Of a stretch of 64,000 nt of DNA, positions 24,510 through 38,910 are shown in pieces. The translations under genes were made by a program, and so were the position numbers. The stretch covers positions 15,598,211-15,662,210 of the forward strand of contig JASCQW010000128.1 in assembly GCA_030264375.1 (NCBI GenBank), written 5' to 3'. How positions within the stretch are numbered: position 1 is the first letter of the stretch; every line of letters starts with the position of its first letter. Source of the stretch: Carcharhinus longimanus (taxonomy: Eukaryota). The notes below the pieces were generated by a model. That model was not told where the DNA came from, did no database searches, and saw only the letters and a list, made by a program, of their open reading frames with translations.

Positions 24510-26409
24510 CAGCCCCACATTTGCTATTAATTTACATTGCCTTACACCAGCTAACAAAGAAATTCCGTTAGGAATCACTAAAAGGTGACAGGCCCTACCC
24601 AGTTGTTACACTGATGATTTTTGCCACAGAACAGTGAAGATGTGTAACATGTTCATACACGTGTCAGCATCTCATATTTCAGCTCCTGTGGATACGGTAT
24701 CAAGATCATAAGAAAGAACTTGCATCATGACTAAAATCTGGGGCCAATCTTCAATTAGCATGTAACTATAACTTACGTCTAAATGATTTTGGTATAAATA
24801 AAATGGCATAAGGAGAAGCTCACCTCCTCATGAATCATCAAGTCAATCTGCTCATTTAGACTTCCTCATCCTGTATATATACACGTGCATCCTAATATTC
24901 TAGTATTAAATGTTTGTTGTGGTAATTTCATTCCGATTGACAGTATCATCTTTTACCTGTTGATTCACTAAACAGGCAGCACTAGTATCACCACATGGTC
25001 ACTTCAGGCACTGGATGTGCAAGTCATAATGACCCTCAAGAGTAAATTCAATGCTGCCAGTAACACAGTAACCCCGTATCAGTATCATGGTAGAGTAAGA
25101 GATTATTGAATTTACTATCTAGATTCAAAAGTACTTGTGTTATGGCTATGACGAGTCCTCTCATAAATTGTTGAAGCATTTCAATCGGAAGTTCACTGAT
25201 GCTCGGATTTGCCTGGAGATTAGAACACTGTCACAGCATTGCTCCTCTGGTTCCACTACCTGGTTAATACATGTGGAATTCATTTCCACTGTAAGGGAAG
25301 TTACTTGGGACAAGCTTCCAACCAGCATGTGATGGTGGAATCAATACTGTAGAATGTGACCCTGGTTGGAGGTAGCAGCTCATGGTGGATGGATGACCAT
25401 AAGAGTCAGAGGGAGAAGAGTTCAGTGATGGGAGGGCAGTACATAACTAGGATTAGGGGGCAGATCCTGGTGCGATTCTGGATTCAACCTTTGATTTGTT
25501 CATTTGCACAAAGCTTGTACTTTGCAACAGAATATTTGTATTTCAGCAGAGTGATTCACAACTGTAACGTACCGTAATTGAAAGAAAAAGCACTCCACTT
25601 GATTGAAGAATAATTCCTGTGAAGCCCTGTGGCTAAATTTATGTTTTTAAAAAGCATAAAATTTAATGGAGAATGAATAAAAATTTAAAACTAACAACTG
25701 AGGTGATTATTATTATTGAAATTGATTTTCATTTTCAATTTAGTGTCTCTAATTTAAAATATAATATTCAAGGTTATTGGAAATGCACCAAGGAAGTGGT
25801 GTGGATAGGTGGACGAGATGGATTAAAGGTCATATCCTGCTTGAGTGGTACTCTAAATGTTCACTATCTACTTCCCTTTCTGTCAAAGAATACCTGTATT
25901 ATCTCCAATCTCAAGATTGGCATGGGATTCAACATGATTCAGTGCAACTTGTTGTTTTTCTGCCTCCAATTTCCACTGCTAAAGGCAGTGACTCACATGG
26001 AAATAGGGTTCCATGGGCATTTTATGCCTCCCACTACCTCACTCAGTCAGCCATTCTTTATCCACTAGATTAGACAGCAAGTGTCAGCAAGCTATCGTTC
26101 TGGCGCTCACCCAACATCCCACGCAATTACCAGCAGAAGTTACCAGATAGCAATCAGGAGCAAGAACTGTGACTTGTTTCATTTTGCTTCTTCTGAGTCC
26201 AAGGACATTGAAGCCACAGGAAGCACTTCCTTTATTCTGGCTTCAGCCAACTAGCACAGCTTAGACGGGGGAGTAAACTGGAGATCTTCCATCTCTATTA
26301 TCTACGCATTTTAATTGCTTCAATGTTTTTGAAGGCAACTGAATGTGGTAAATAGATAATCCAAATGGCTCCTATTAACACCATCGTTTATGACGATCCC
26401 TGTGTTCCT

Positions 26410-26682
26410 CCAATTCTGGCCCTTCCGACATTTCCAATTTCAGTTGCTTTGCCATTGGCAGCTGACTGGGTCCTAGGCTCTGGCATTTCCTCCCTAAGCT
26501 TTCTACCTCTTTTTTTCTTGAATAAGGTGCTTAAAACTTATCTTTTTGCCCAGTTATTTGGTCACATTTCCTAATATCACCATACGTAGCTTGGTGTCCA
26601 ATTTTGTTTGACAGAACTCCAGTGAAGCATCCTCTTGGAACATTTTACTACATTAAAAAGTGCTATATAAATACAAGTTGAG
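26410..26682 (+). mobile_element. L2-type LINE 3' tail
   Basis: CTCTGGCATTTCCTCCCTAA...CTTAAAAC.TATCT.TTTG.CCA...GTGCTATATAAATACAAGTTG. Confidence 0.6.
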
Positions 26683-29600
26683 GTTATCAAGGATACTAAT
26701 CCCTTCACTTCACATCACTTTTCTAATCTCCCACCCATCTCTTTGCGTGAGATTAGTCGATGACTTTCTTCCAAAACACACAGGTGTTCAAGAATCTCCT
26801 AATGCCTGATTGAACTGACTGTAAAAAAAAACATTAAAAAAAAACCTTTCACATGTGGTACCTGAACAACTAGAAACACTTTCAAGGTAACAACATACTT
26901 GAAGTGTGGTCTCTACTCTCTAAGGAGGGCATGGTTTGGTGGAGTTTTGGATAACAATGATTTTACTGAAGGGCTGGAACAAGGTGGGGTGCTCAAAGGG
27001 GTGGAGGGAGAGAACAAAGTGTAACCTGCTGATAAGGTCTATATAATTCTGTCAGGTATGACAAAATGCGATTGTCAATTTAATCAATTTTAAAGGACCT
27101 GGTTTTTCTGGGCAGGTGTTTAGGAAACTTGTTCAGTCTTCAACAAAAATGCACATGAAAATAATAATTTACACAATGTCGTTGCATCATTAAATTGCTC
27201 TCCTCCAACACTGACTTGATGAAGTTACTCAAATCATTTGCCAACGTAAATAAATAGTTTGTCAGAATTTTCTCCAGGATAAGTTTCCATTATTACTCCA
27301 GACATATCTAATGTTGTTTATTGGCAACAGCTCGGAGTTCCTAGATTGCACCATACGCATAGAATATTCCAGTTTATATAAACCAAGACTTCCAGTCTTG
27401 CACCACATATACAGTGTTGCTTACTCATGTTGTAAACAGCACACTGCAAAACTCAATACATGACTTCACTCTGCTGGTTTCCTTCTCAGAAAAAATCTCA
27501 AGATTGAAGGGGTTTTTGAAGATAAAGTCAAATCCCATTACAGTCTGGTGCTGTGTCTCGATGTTCCAGGTGTTCTGTCAGAACTGCACTCCCGCACCGT
27601 TATGGTGGATGTTTGTGCAGAGGGCTCTAAAGTAGTGTGTTTCAGGAAATATGTTGAAGATGAAATGCCAACATCTTTGTGGTATCAGTTTTTGATGTGT
27701 GTGCTTTTGTGTTGATTTTTGTGTGTGCTGGTTTCATGTGTTTGATTTTATGTTTAACTTTGTGTGTGCAAGCTGCCTGCATTTAAAGGTGCTTACTTTT
27801 CACTGCACGTTTCATGTGTAATTGTACGTGTTTCATTTGTGCCTATGTGAATAAACACTCTCTGTATAAATGGATATACTCTCCATTAAACAGAACTAAT
27901 AGAGAATGAGAGACATATTTTATTCAACAGGCTTCCCTTAACCAATGTCACCCAAATGGAATGAACTGGTCACTTATGTTATTATGGACCTTGATTTTCA
28001 TGAATGCCAGATGTTTTAACCCACGTAGCCACATAATTGTGCACTCAGTCTGAATCCTTTTCAGAATTTTCTGAAAGAAGTGATCAAGCACTAAGTAAGT
28101 ACTAGTTTTGTTCTTCCTTGATACCGGGATTGCACCACATGCAAAGCTTATGTAAACCAAGATTTCTGGAGACAGCACTAACAATGGAAACATATCAGTC
28201 TGTGAACACATCATGTTGACATCAATCAGGTTGGGTGAAAGTTCATCAAGGAGGTTCCTTTTCCGTTGATTAAAAGGTAGGAACCTTCCCCAGGGTTAGA
28301 GATACCAAAGCTATGGCATTGGTATGATCTGGGCTGGCACAAGTGCTGCAACTCCAGTGGCAAACTGCTTTCGCTTTGTGTTCTGAATGGAGACACTGCA
28401 AGTCAAGACCAGTCAGAGTTTGGAGCCAACCCCATTTCTGCAGTCAGGGGCAACCTCATTATGTAATTGTACTGTAAGGAAAATGTCAAAATACCTCTGT
28501 AAACCTAATGAAATTACTGGGATGCACAGAATTTTAATATCATGTCAGTTTACTAAAAACTACAGTCGCTCCATGGAAATGCATTAGCTAGTCTAAGATC
28601 TGGCTGATCTGCTCCAGAACGTTAACCTACCCTACATCACCTCCCTTCCACTCACGATGTACAGAATTCTGGTTGAAGGCATACATTCAGCAGTTCTAAG
28701 CATATCATGTTCCTTCTTTATCCAAATTTCAATAGTTCAGCATGCTGTCAAGTCACTGCCCAGATCCAGATATGTTTTTCTTACATGTTTTCTATTGTTT
28801 CTGCTTAGATTATGTTTCCCAGTGAATGATTCAATGGAGCACAGTCCAGAGATTAGCACAGTAACTTTTTTTTATCTCAGATGAACAGTTATGGTGAACT
28901 GAGTTTACCTTGATACAAGCCCAGCATTTCTTGGCCAAGTGACTACAGAGTGCAATAATTTACTACTTTACTAAGTATGTTACCCCAAATGAATAATGCT
29001 TTGATTCCCACATAAAGGTTGTGCTTGAATGTGATTCATGAATGTCATTGGATAAACAACAAAAATAATGTTTGCAAACAAGACTATAAATGCAATTTCA
29101 CCCCCCATCCCAGCCCAAGTTTCTCTCCTGAAGATATTAATGGGTCTATGGGCAGAGCCAGCCCTCCAGTGCCTCATGTAAGTGGCCATTTCAAATCTAT
29201 GAGGCTCCGTAGTGATTGGCAGTGTAGTATTTGTCTATAGAAGTCATCACACTTCCCTACCAAACAACAATCCGGACCATAAACACTGATGAATCACTTG
29301 TATTTGTCCCTTCAAAGTAGAGGGAGCAAATGGCAACTGTGAACTTCAGCAAGACAGAGAATCAAAAGCTCTGACCCTCTGGTGTATGTGATTTAGTATT
29401 TCACAAAATGGTCATTTTACTTCCTGGGTCATTAGGGGATATGAGGCTCACAATGTATTTAGCAGATCCAACTTCTCATCAACATTACATCCAGTATTTT
29501 GAGAACTCCCAACTTCCTGGCTTTCATTGAGCTCATGAAAGAGAATTTATGTAGTGATGATAGCCCTATGTAAAAGTACTTTCCTGCTGTCAGACTGTTG

Positions 29601-29871
29601 TCAGCAAGAACTTCAGTAAAATCTAATTAACAAAAAAGTGCCCAGTGTCAACTTGGGAAAAGTCAGCACTATGATTCTAAACAAATTTGTGTTACATCCC
29701 CAAAGACCCTGGTGAGATTTATAACAACAACGTGCATTAAGGCAGGCCTATTCCAAAGTGCATCACAGCTATGTAAATCAGATAAAAGTCGACACCAAGC
29801 CAAAGAAGGGGGCATCATTACAAGTGATCATAGCAGTCAGTTTTAAGGACTTCCCTAAAAAAAAGGAGGAA

Positions 29872-30191
29872 TTATAGAATCCGTACTGTGCAGAAGGCAG
29901 CACATTTGGCCCATTGAGTCTGCACTGACCCTCCGCAAGAGCATTTTGCCCAGGACCATCTCCCACCCTAACACTGTAATCCTATACATTTACCCCACTA
30001 GTCCTCTAACCTACACATCTTGGGAGACTGATGGGCAATTGAACATAGCCAATCGACCTAACCTGCACATCCCTGGAGTGTGGGAGGAAACCCATGCAGA
30101 CATGGGGAGAACATGCAAACTCCGCACAGCCACCTAAGGCTGGAACAGAGGTCTTTGGCACTATGAGGCAGCAGTACTTGACACTGGGCAC
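29872..30191 (-). mobile_element. HE1/V-SINE inserted into an L2 fragment (29722-30460)
   Basis: CR1-like tail, V-domain and tRNA-derived head in reverse complement. L2 sequence continues on both sides. Confidence 0.8.
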
Positions 30192-31137
30192 TTTTTTGTT
30201 AATTAGATTTTACTGAAGTTCTTGTTCTTGCTACTGCACCAAAGGAGAAGTTTACAGAGGGAATTTCAGAGTTTATATCTAGAAAGTTGAATGCACAGCC
30301 AGCAATGAAAGGGTGAAGGAAGTGGAGAATGGACAAGAGGGAAAAGTCTAAAGAATTCAGATTTCCTGGGTTATGAGGCTGAGAAGTCACAGTGAGAGCG
30401 AAGAGAGAAGCCATGGAGGGATTTAAACAGAAGATAAGCATAAAATTAAGGTGCTGCTGGGTAACACATTACTAGTGTCAGGCCTGTTAGCTGTGCCCTA
30501 AGTTTCACTAAGTCCCATTCACCCTTTAATTGCTTACTTACTCCTGATCTGGCAATACCTTGATTCTAAAATTCTCCACTTTATTTTCAAATCTCTCGAA
30601 CAGCCTAATCATCATTTTAGCTCCCATCTGTGATGTTTCCTGTGGCAGCAGAGCCTTCATTAGATACATCATGCACCAGAGTTATGAGCCAGGCATTAAA
30701 CAGCTAGTCCCTGTCATCCAGCAGCCATTTCATCATGGTAGCTCAAATACTGAATAGACAGTGGACTGGAGCATGCTTCCTGCCACACATGCACATACAC
30801 TGATGGCAGCCTGCAGCATTGAGAGGTCTGGTATCCTGGCAACACCACATTCAGCAAGAAAACAACCAACTCCCCTCTCTTGGCACAGAGCTTTAGTCAC
30901 CTCCCTTGCGTAGTAGTGGATGGCAAACTGGGAGATTCACCTGCTCCAACCTGGAAAAATTCCAAACACACAGAAATCAGGGGTCACAATGACTTTCACA
31001 GCATTGGCAGCGCCATTTTCATCCTGCTCTGAGGTTGCTGATCCTCTTCCAACTGGTAGCAGTTTTCCATGATTACCTCATTAATGAAACAGAGTTGACA
31101 TGCACACTGTACCTGGCTGAGGTAAGAGAAAAACTAA

Positions 31138-31250
31138 AATAAAAGCAAAATACTGCTCTAGAAGAAGTCAACTGGATTTGAAACATTAACTCTATTTCTC
31201 GCTCCACAGGTGCTGCCAGACCTGCTGCGTTTTTCCAGCTGTTTCTGCTG
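31138..31250. mobile_element. Penelope family A terminus
   Basis: AAAAGCAAAATACTGC followed by GAAACATTAACTCT...GCTGCCAGACCTGCTG. Confidence 0.6.
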
Positions 31251-32284
31251 TTGTATTGGAGGAATACTCCCAGGACACCCTGGGTGGATAGTATATTCTG
31301 CTGAGAGCGCTTCCCTCTCCTTTGCGTCTCTCTATGAGCAGCAGCTGGTCCTCTGCTATACTGCCTTCACATTTCCCTCTCATGCTGCCAGCCAAGGGAT
31401 GACTTGTATCTGACCAAATTCCTTGACATCAAAACCAAGGCCTTCTCTACATGAAGCACCACTCTACGTTTTAAATAACTTCCACGAGGCCAGTGTCTCT
31501 TCACCAAATCCAGATTTATTTACAATAGTTAGTAATACTCAGAAAGATATTTCCCGGTATAGAGCATACACCCAGAGTGCCAGTAACCTGAACACGCCAT
31601 ATTATGTACTTCTGCAGGGCTCCCAGACTGGACAGCATTAACTGCTTCAATCAGGGAGCTCATATGCTAACAGGTGCACCTTGTTAAATCATTACGGTAT
31701 TGACTTCACCAACTTAAATAACCATTCAAAGCACTTTCATAAACTCAGATAGTCTGTAGAACTGAAATCAGTAACTAACCTGAGTACTGGAGCAGTGAGG
31801 TGCAAATTGCCAATACCGGTATCAAGTCAGCATTCAACCCTGACTGATGCCACAACCTGCCTTGTTGTGCATTCGTTCAGTGCATAGTTTGACTGCCCAC
31901 TCAAATGCCCTCACCAAAATGATGTCTAGAATGGAAAGACCAGTAGCACTGAAATCACAGGTGCTGCAGAGCCAGTTGTGCCCTTCTTTCAAAGAAGTTT
32001 ACAGAAGTGCCAAGAATTTCTTGGCAGTTTTCCTAATCAGCTATTGTAACTTCAGTGGGGACCAGTGGAAACCCATTTTTGTAGCTTCTTCAGGAGTTCT
32101 GATTATCTCTTGCTAAGGCCATGGTGACCAATCAGCGATCCTGCTGAAATACCCAGCCAGGATTTTTATATATTACCAATAGATAAACAGCCATTTTTTC
32201 ACATCATTTCAAAAGTTTTAAACAACTAATTTCTCTTTTTAACATCATTTTGCTTTGCATTTGTTTTATTGAGAGGCATGTTGG

Positions 32285-32640
32285 ACAGAGGTGATACCAC
32301 TAATCTAGTAATCCAGAGGAGTGCATTTAGGAATTTAAATTTGGTAAATTAACATAAATCTGGAATAAAAATCTAATATCTGGTGACCATGAAACTACAG
32401 GACAGTGATCAAAACCTATCTGGTTTACTAATCTCCTTTAGAGAATGGACTCTAGTCTGATCTTTACAAGACTCTAGATCCACAGCAATATGGTTGAGTC
32501 TTAACTGGCCTTTGAAATGACCAGCAAGTCACTTAATTGTATTCAAGAAGGCTGCTCACCACCACATTCTCGAGGGCAATTAGGAATGGCAACAAATGAT
32601 GACCTTGCCATTGACTCCCAGATCTTCTCAATGAATCAGT
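32285..32640 (+). mobile_element. tRNA-derived SINE with LINE-derived tail
   Basis: CTAGTAATCCAGAG...GGTGACCATGAAACTAC...CACAGCAATATGGTTGAGTCTTAACTG...GGGCAATTAGGAATGGC. Confidence 0.7.
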
Positions 32641-33187
32641 TTCTTTGTTTCCCTTTGTGTTGTTCTTTTTATGCAATCATTGGATATTTCGTAAGCTCTA
32701 ATCACACCATCATGGAAATTCTGGCTGGAGGTAATCTTCATGCTTCAGAGCATGAGCAGCCAGTATTACTTCAGAAACTGTTTCCAGTTGAGATTGAGTC
32801 CAAGTCAAGGAATTGTAAATGTAAGATAGCCACGAACAGATCCAAATAAAGACGAGAGAATTTCTTTCGTGGAGAGCCATGGGAATGAGGAACTCACTGC
32901 CACATGGAAATAGCATCAAAACATTAAAGAGGAGGCTCCAAATGAAATGGAAATAGATGAATACAAGAGGCCAGAAGAAAAGTGGTAACTAGACAAGGAG
33001 GTGGCTGGTGTAGAGGAAGAATGTTGGCATAGACAAGCTGGACCAAGTAGCCTGCCTTTACTATAGATTCTATGAAATTCACTTTAAAATGGCATTCTGT
33101 ACAGAATCAAAGAAATTAGCAGCAAATTGCAACAGGGGCAGCACTCGGAGACTTCTGTCACATGGGACTACAGGCTGCTGCATTGTA

Positions 33188-33514
33188 AAATCATAGAATC
33201 CCCCCAGTGCAGACAGAGTCCATTCAGCCCATTGAGTCTGCACCGACTCTGACAGTATCTTACCCTTATCCATCCCCTGTACCCTATCCCCATAACACCA
33301 TACATTTACCATAGCTAATCCCTCTAACCTACACATCTTGGGACACTAAGGGGCAATTTAGCATGGTCAATTCACTTAACCTGCACATCTTTGGATTGCG
33401 GGAGGAATCCATAGCACCAGGAGTAAATCCGCACACAGATGGGAAGAACATGCAACCCTGGGTCCCTGGCACTGTGAGACAGCAGTGCTAACCACTGTGC
33501 CACTATGTTGCCCC
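33188..33514 (-). mobile_element. HE1/V-SINE
   Basis: Near full length on the minus strand, with head GGGGCAACATAGTGGCACAGTGGTTAGCACTGCTG. Confidence 0.85.
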
Positions 33515-35084
33515 TTGTGGCATCTTCAAGTTTGACGGTGCTCCCATGATGACAGGCAGGGAATCCCAGCATTTGGATCCCGCATGAATGGCAACACGTG
33601 GCCTAGTTAAGCTGGCATAAATGAGACTTGCAGGTATTTTCAAGATGTTTATAATGAAGCAAGGATTGAGTACGTCCTCAAAGATTAGTTTGTATAAAAA
33701 TGGGAGGGTCGTTTAAAAAGCGACTAGAGTTATTGATCCACTTCACAATGGCAATTGTAACTTTGGATGCTTACCAGCCATCCAATTGTAGATTTCTCCC
33801 AAATTTTCTTTCCACTGATAGGAAAACATCGAGCAATTAATAATAAGCTGAGGATCTGATATCATCCACTTTATATTATCACCAAAAATTTAAAGTTACC
33901 TCCCATGTTTTCTATTTGATAATTGCACAATGCAGTTTAGAAAGGACAAACCTGTTAGAATGGGCTGTGCTAACAGGGTTGTTCTAAGCAATCCACATAA
34001 CCTGCTCTGTACGATGTGTGGGTGGGTCTGCGTGTGGGTCATGGCCCAAAGTGCTATTTCAGCAGTAACCGTGCCTGTTTTACAATTAATCCACTGCAAA
34101 TAAATCACTGATACTCAGTCCACCTGTGCACTATCAGTCATGCATGAAATGGTATTTCTCAAGCATGCAGGTCTCCAGTGTAGCCAGGATGTATACATTT
34201 CGAATGGATATCAAGTTAATTAGCCGTGCGTTTAAACATTTAAGCACATCAAAAGAAGGAACTGAATCCACTGCTATTCCCACAACACAAACTCCCAAGA
34301 GCCAGTAATTATAGCCCTTTAATTACTACAGAATATTTATCTTTTTAATGATGCCCACTGTGGACTTTGCAAAGCAGTTTGATCTAGTTTTGGGTTTCTC
34401 TGATGGCAGACTGCAGTTCCGGATGCTGGCGTCAGGATTCAGTGTGTTCTGTATCATTTATCTATCGCAATATTCACGCTATAGGATTAGTGATTACTAG
34501 CTGGTCACCCAGGGTTTTCCCACATTCTGACCAAGGGCAAGATTTTGGGGTTGGGACACTGACACCGGGGTCAAATAGGGGTCAGGACCCCACTTTGTAT
34601 GATAGTCATCCTGCAAAGACTTTCCCCACAGGCCAATTAGTGACGAGAGGATGGAATTTCCACTCAATTAAAGGAGGATGAGAGGGCCCTCAAAGCAAGG
34701 GAGCCAGTACAAACCCATCAAGCTTTGGAACTGGAGCCTGCAGTTCAGAGAAAAGAGGGGTCACTTCCATTTCAAAGCATCCTTTCTGCAACTTTCAAAA
34801 CTTTTCGTCACAGCAGCTGGATCCCCTTTGCAGAGTGGGAGGTCCTTCCCAGGATGGCCTTTGGCCACAACTGTGGGCAGGCAGGGCTGGAGGGCCTCAA
34901 AATCTAACTGGAGCGCTGGCCCCTGTATGTGCCGTTGGAGGACCACCTCCAGACAACTGGCCTAGTTTACGATGCCTCTGGTGGGGGCACGCAGTCTAAC
35001 TGGAAAACTTGTAGGGACAGGATGGCAAAGCAACACACAGGTTACTGCTATGGATTTCTGCAGCCCCCTCCATGCCCCCTTTTT

Positions 35085-36262
35085 TTTTTATTCATTCATG
35101 AGACATGGGCATCACTGGCTGGACAGCATTTATTGCCCATCCCTAGGTGCCCTTGAGAAGGTGGTGGCGAGCTGCCTTCTTGAATCGCTGCAATCCACAT
35201 GCTGTGGCTGATTCACAATGCCATTAGGGAGGGAATTCCAGGATTTTGACCCAGCGACAGCGAAGGAACGGCAATATATTTCCAAGTCAGGATGATGAGT
35301 TGCTTGGAGGAGAAATTACAGGCGGTGGTGTTCCCGTGTATCTGCTGCCCTTGTCCTTCTAGATGGGAGTGGCCACGGATTTGGAAGGCGCTGTCTGAGG
35401 ATCTTTGGTGAATTGCTGCAGTGCATCTTGTAGATAGTACACACTGCTGCTAATGAGCGTCGGTGGAGGGATTGAATGTTTGTTGATGTGGTGCCAATCA
35501 AACGGACTGCTTTGCCCTGGATGGTGTCAAGTTTCTTGAGTGTTGTTGGAGCTGCAACCTTCCAGGCAAGTGGGGAGCATTCCATCACACTCCTTACTTG
35601 TGCCTTGTAGATGATGGATAGNNNNNNNNNNNNNNNNNNNNNNNNNNNNNTTGTAACTGGTCGGCGCAACATCGTGGGCCGAAGGGCCTGTTCTGCGCTG
35701 TAATGTTCTATGTTCTATGTTTAATAGTAACCTCAAGGATGTTAAGGCTATTGAATGACAAGGGTCAGTGGTTAGAGTGTCTCTTATTGGTGATAGTCAT
35801 TGCTTGGCATTTGTTTGGTGCGAATGTTACTTACCACTTGTCAGTCCAAGCCTGGATATTGTCCAGAACATTGCGCAATCATCGACGAACATCCCCACTT
35901 CAGAGGGAAGGTCATTGATGAAGCAGCTGAAGATGGTTAGGCCTCGGACTCCTGCAGGGATGTCCTGGAACTGAGATGACTGACCTCCACAGCCACAATC
36001 ATCTTCCCATGTACCAGGTATGACTCCAATCAGCAGAGTGTTTGTCCCTGATATCCATTGATTCCAGTTTCGCTAGGGCTCCTTGATGCCACACTTGGTC
36101 AAATGCAGCCTTGATGTCAAGGGCAGTCACTCTCACCTTAACTCTGGAATTCAGCTCTTTCGTCCATGTTTGAACCAAGGCTGTAATGAGTTCAGGAGCT
36201 GAGTGTCCCTGGAAGAAACCCAAACTGGGCATCACTCAGCAGGTTATTGCTCAGCAAGTGCT
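35085..36262 (-). mobile_element. CR1-clade LINE, 3' 1.2 kb (RT remnant), with a younger CR1 tail inserted at about 35622-35720
   Basis: ORF track shows GFFQGHSAPELITALVQTWTKELNSR...ALDIKAAFDQVWHQGALAKL and IYKAQVRSVMECSPLAW. A poly(T) marks the reverse-complement 3' end. Confidence 0.85.
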
Positions 36263-37318
36263 GCTTGGGGGCAACAAGTATAATCTTCATTCAAAGCAGA
36301 GTTAGAGAGTGACAGATAATTCGACCAGTAATTGCTGGTGTAACTCAGACCACAACTGTAAATTCTTAAGTCAGAATGTTACCATGCTGGCGGGATTTTT
36401 TCATTCTGCTGCAGCGAACAGAGATTTGGCTGGATGAAGAATCTCCAACCTCGCTGCATTAACAGGCAGTAAGATCGTGCCTGGACATTTTATCCTTATT
36501 CTTACGTAGAACTTTGATTTTCTATTGATAATTATAACATAATTATTGAGTTTGATCAATAATTACAGTTAACAAAGAAAAGGTATATTAATTTGAGAAG
36601 CAGAGAGGTCAAGTTGATTAGAGACGGAGGAGCCAGGAGACACAGCAGTGGGGCATGATAGCACCTCCATTGGAGATAGATGTAATTATAGTGTGACATG
36701 TTTACATATAAATTTTCCATTACAAATGTGGAGAAAGAAATTTACTATGAGAGAGATCTGTACACTGACAGAAAATGGTGTTACATGTTTAGTTTTTGCC
36801 TTAGATTACCCCTACAGCAGGGCCAGTCACAGCCATTAAAGCCTAGTATGTTTAGGGATATACCTTTACTCTTCAATGTGAGATAGCAGAACACAGGGGC
36901 ATGATATTTGTGGCTTTTGCAAATGTCCTTGTGCATTCTGCTGAAATTTTTTCCAAGGCAGGCTTTGAAAACATTTGTGAAAAGAGACCAAATATGAATT
37001 ATTGAAAACTTTGCTTCAGATTAAATGGATGTACCATAAAGTGCTCACAGTTGGACCCAGTTAATTCAATCAATATAATTTATCTTAGAAAAACAAAACT
37101 ATAAATATGCCACCTGTCTCACATTGCTGAGATGTCTCCCTCGATCTAAATGAAATAATTTATTTTGATCTTACATTCTAATGATTTTGGTCTCTCAATG
37201 TTTATGACCTACACCCAGAAATATTTTTTAATTTCTCTAATTTTTTACTGTATTGAAATTTGATTAAATTATCCATTGTTTTTCATAGTTCTGGCATGAG
37301 TCCTTGATGCCTGCAGTC

Positions 37319-37648
37319 ATAAGAACATAAGAAATAGAAGCAGGAGTAGGCTATCTAGCCCTTCGAGCCTGCGCCGCCATTCAATAAGATCATGGCTGAT
37401 CTGTCGTGGCTCAGTTCCACATTCCCGCCCTCTNNNNNNNNNNNNNNNNNNNNNNNNNNNNNNNNNNNNNNNNNNNNNNNNNNNNNNNNNNNNNNNNNNN
37501 NNNNNNTGACTGTAATACTATATTCTGCACCCTCTCCGTCCTTCTCCCCTGCGTACTCTATGAACGGTATGCGTTGTCTATATAGCGCAAGAAGCAATGC
37601 TTTTTACTGTATCCCAATAAATGTGCCAATAATAAATCAAATCAAATT
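37319..37648. mobile_element. CR1 3' tail (-, 37319-37433) and a different LINE tail, possibly Rex1-type (+, 37507-37648)
   Basis: CATAAGAACATAAGAAATAGAAGCAGGAGTAGGC on one side of the gap, and TTTTTACTGTATCCC...AATAATAAATCAAATCAAAT on the other. Confidence 0.6.
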
Positions 37649-38044
37649 ATGCATCTGTAAATGCGCAATCCAATGTCCAGGCTTTCAAGTGGTTATGGTA
37701 CAGTCCTAAGCAGCACAGGAAGATGTCTCTTGAAAAAACTAAATGTTACAAGGACACTGAGGGGATAAAACTACCATGTGACATTCTGAAAATCAGAGCA
37801 GCAGAAATCAACTGGGTGTTATAAATAAGGAATGATCAATTCTACCAGGTTAACGCCTGACTGGCAAACTTGAACATTTCCCCCCTCAAATTGTTCCGAA
37901 GCCTCAGTTCCAAGTCCTCAAACAATCCCAATTCTCTGAGCAAACTAACAGATAGCTGTTTATAAATATTCTAAGTAAAGTCATTTATGTAATCCAGCAG
38001 GCAGTGAAAATAAAGAATTAATAACGGTGACTAACAGATTGCTA

Positions 38045-38332
38045 ACAGTGGTTAGCACTGCTACCTCACCACACCAGGGACTCAGGTTCAATTCCTGCCT
38101 TAGGTCTGTGTGGAGTTTGCATGTTCTGCTGCACCTTCATGAGTTTCCTCTGGGTGCTCCAGTTTTCTCCCACAGTCCAAAGATGTGTGGGTTAAGTCGT
38201 TTGGATATGATAAATTGTCCCTTAATGTCAGGGGGACTGGGAGGGTAAATATGTGGGGTTACTGGGATAGGATCCTGGCTGGGATTGTTGTTGGAGCAGG
38301 CTCGATGGACCAATGGCCTCCTTCTGCACTGT
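38045..38332 (+). mobile_element. HE1/V-SINE
   Basis: CAGTGGTTAGCACTGCT...GGTTCAATTCC...GTGGAGTTTGCATGTTCT...CCCACAGTCCAAAGATGTG. Confidence 0.85.
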
Positions 38333-38389
38333 TGGTTCTACATATGGCATTTGATCCAGTTCCAGTGAGTAATTCACCTCCTGACTCCC

Positions 38390-38910
38390 TAAAGCCTATA
38401 CAAGTCAGGAATGCAATGGAGCACTCTCCACTTGTCTGTATGAATGTAACTTCAACAACACTCAAGAAGCTTGACAACATCCAGAACATATTAGTCCACC
38501 TGACTGACACCCCACTCACCATCTTACAATCACTCCCACCACCACCAGTGGATAGTGGCAACAATGTGTACTATCTACAAGACGTATTGCATCAACTCAC
38601 TAAGGCTCCTTCCAATACATCTTTTCCAACTCATGACCTTTCCTACCTAGAAGGAAGGAGTAAGATGTGAACACTACCACCTGCATGTTTCCCTCCAAGC
38701 CACTCACAATCCTGACTTGGAAACATATCACCATCCTTTCACTGCTGCTGGGTCAAAATCCTGGAGCTCACTCCCTAATAGCACTGGGGGTTTACCTACA
38801 CCACATGGACTACAGCTCACTACCACCTTCGCAAGAGCACTTAGGGGATGGGCAAAATATCCCGGCTCAGCCAGCGATGCCCACGTCCTAATTAATCAAT
38901 AAAAAAAAAC
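38390..38910 (+). mobile_element. CR1-clade LINE 3' end with poly(A)
   Basis: Translates QVRNAMEHSPLVCM...TTLKKLDNIQ. Tail CAGCCAGCGATGCCCACGTCC...AATAAAAAAAAA. Confidence 0.8.

Noticed and set aside
27540-28450. Exon-like coding segments on either strand
   Set aside because: No frame gives a recognisable protein or a consistent exon chain. Kept only as a possible non-coding signal.
31250-31700. Possible Gypsy LTR plus PBS fragment on the minus strand
   Set aside because: It resembles one only loosely. I could not identify termini, a TSD or a clean PBS.
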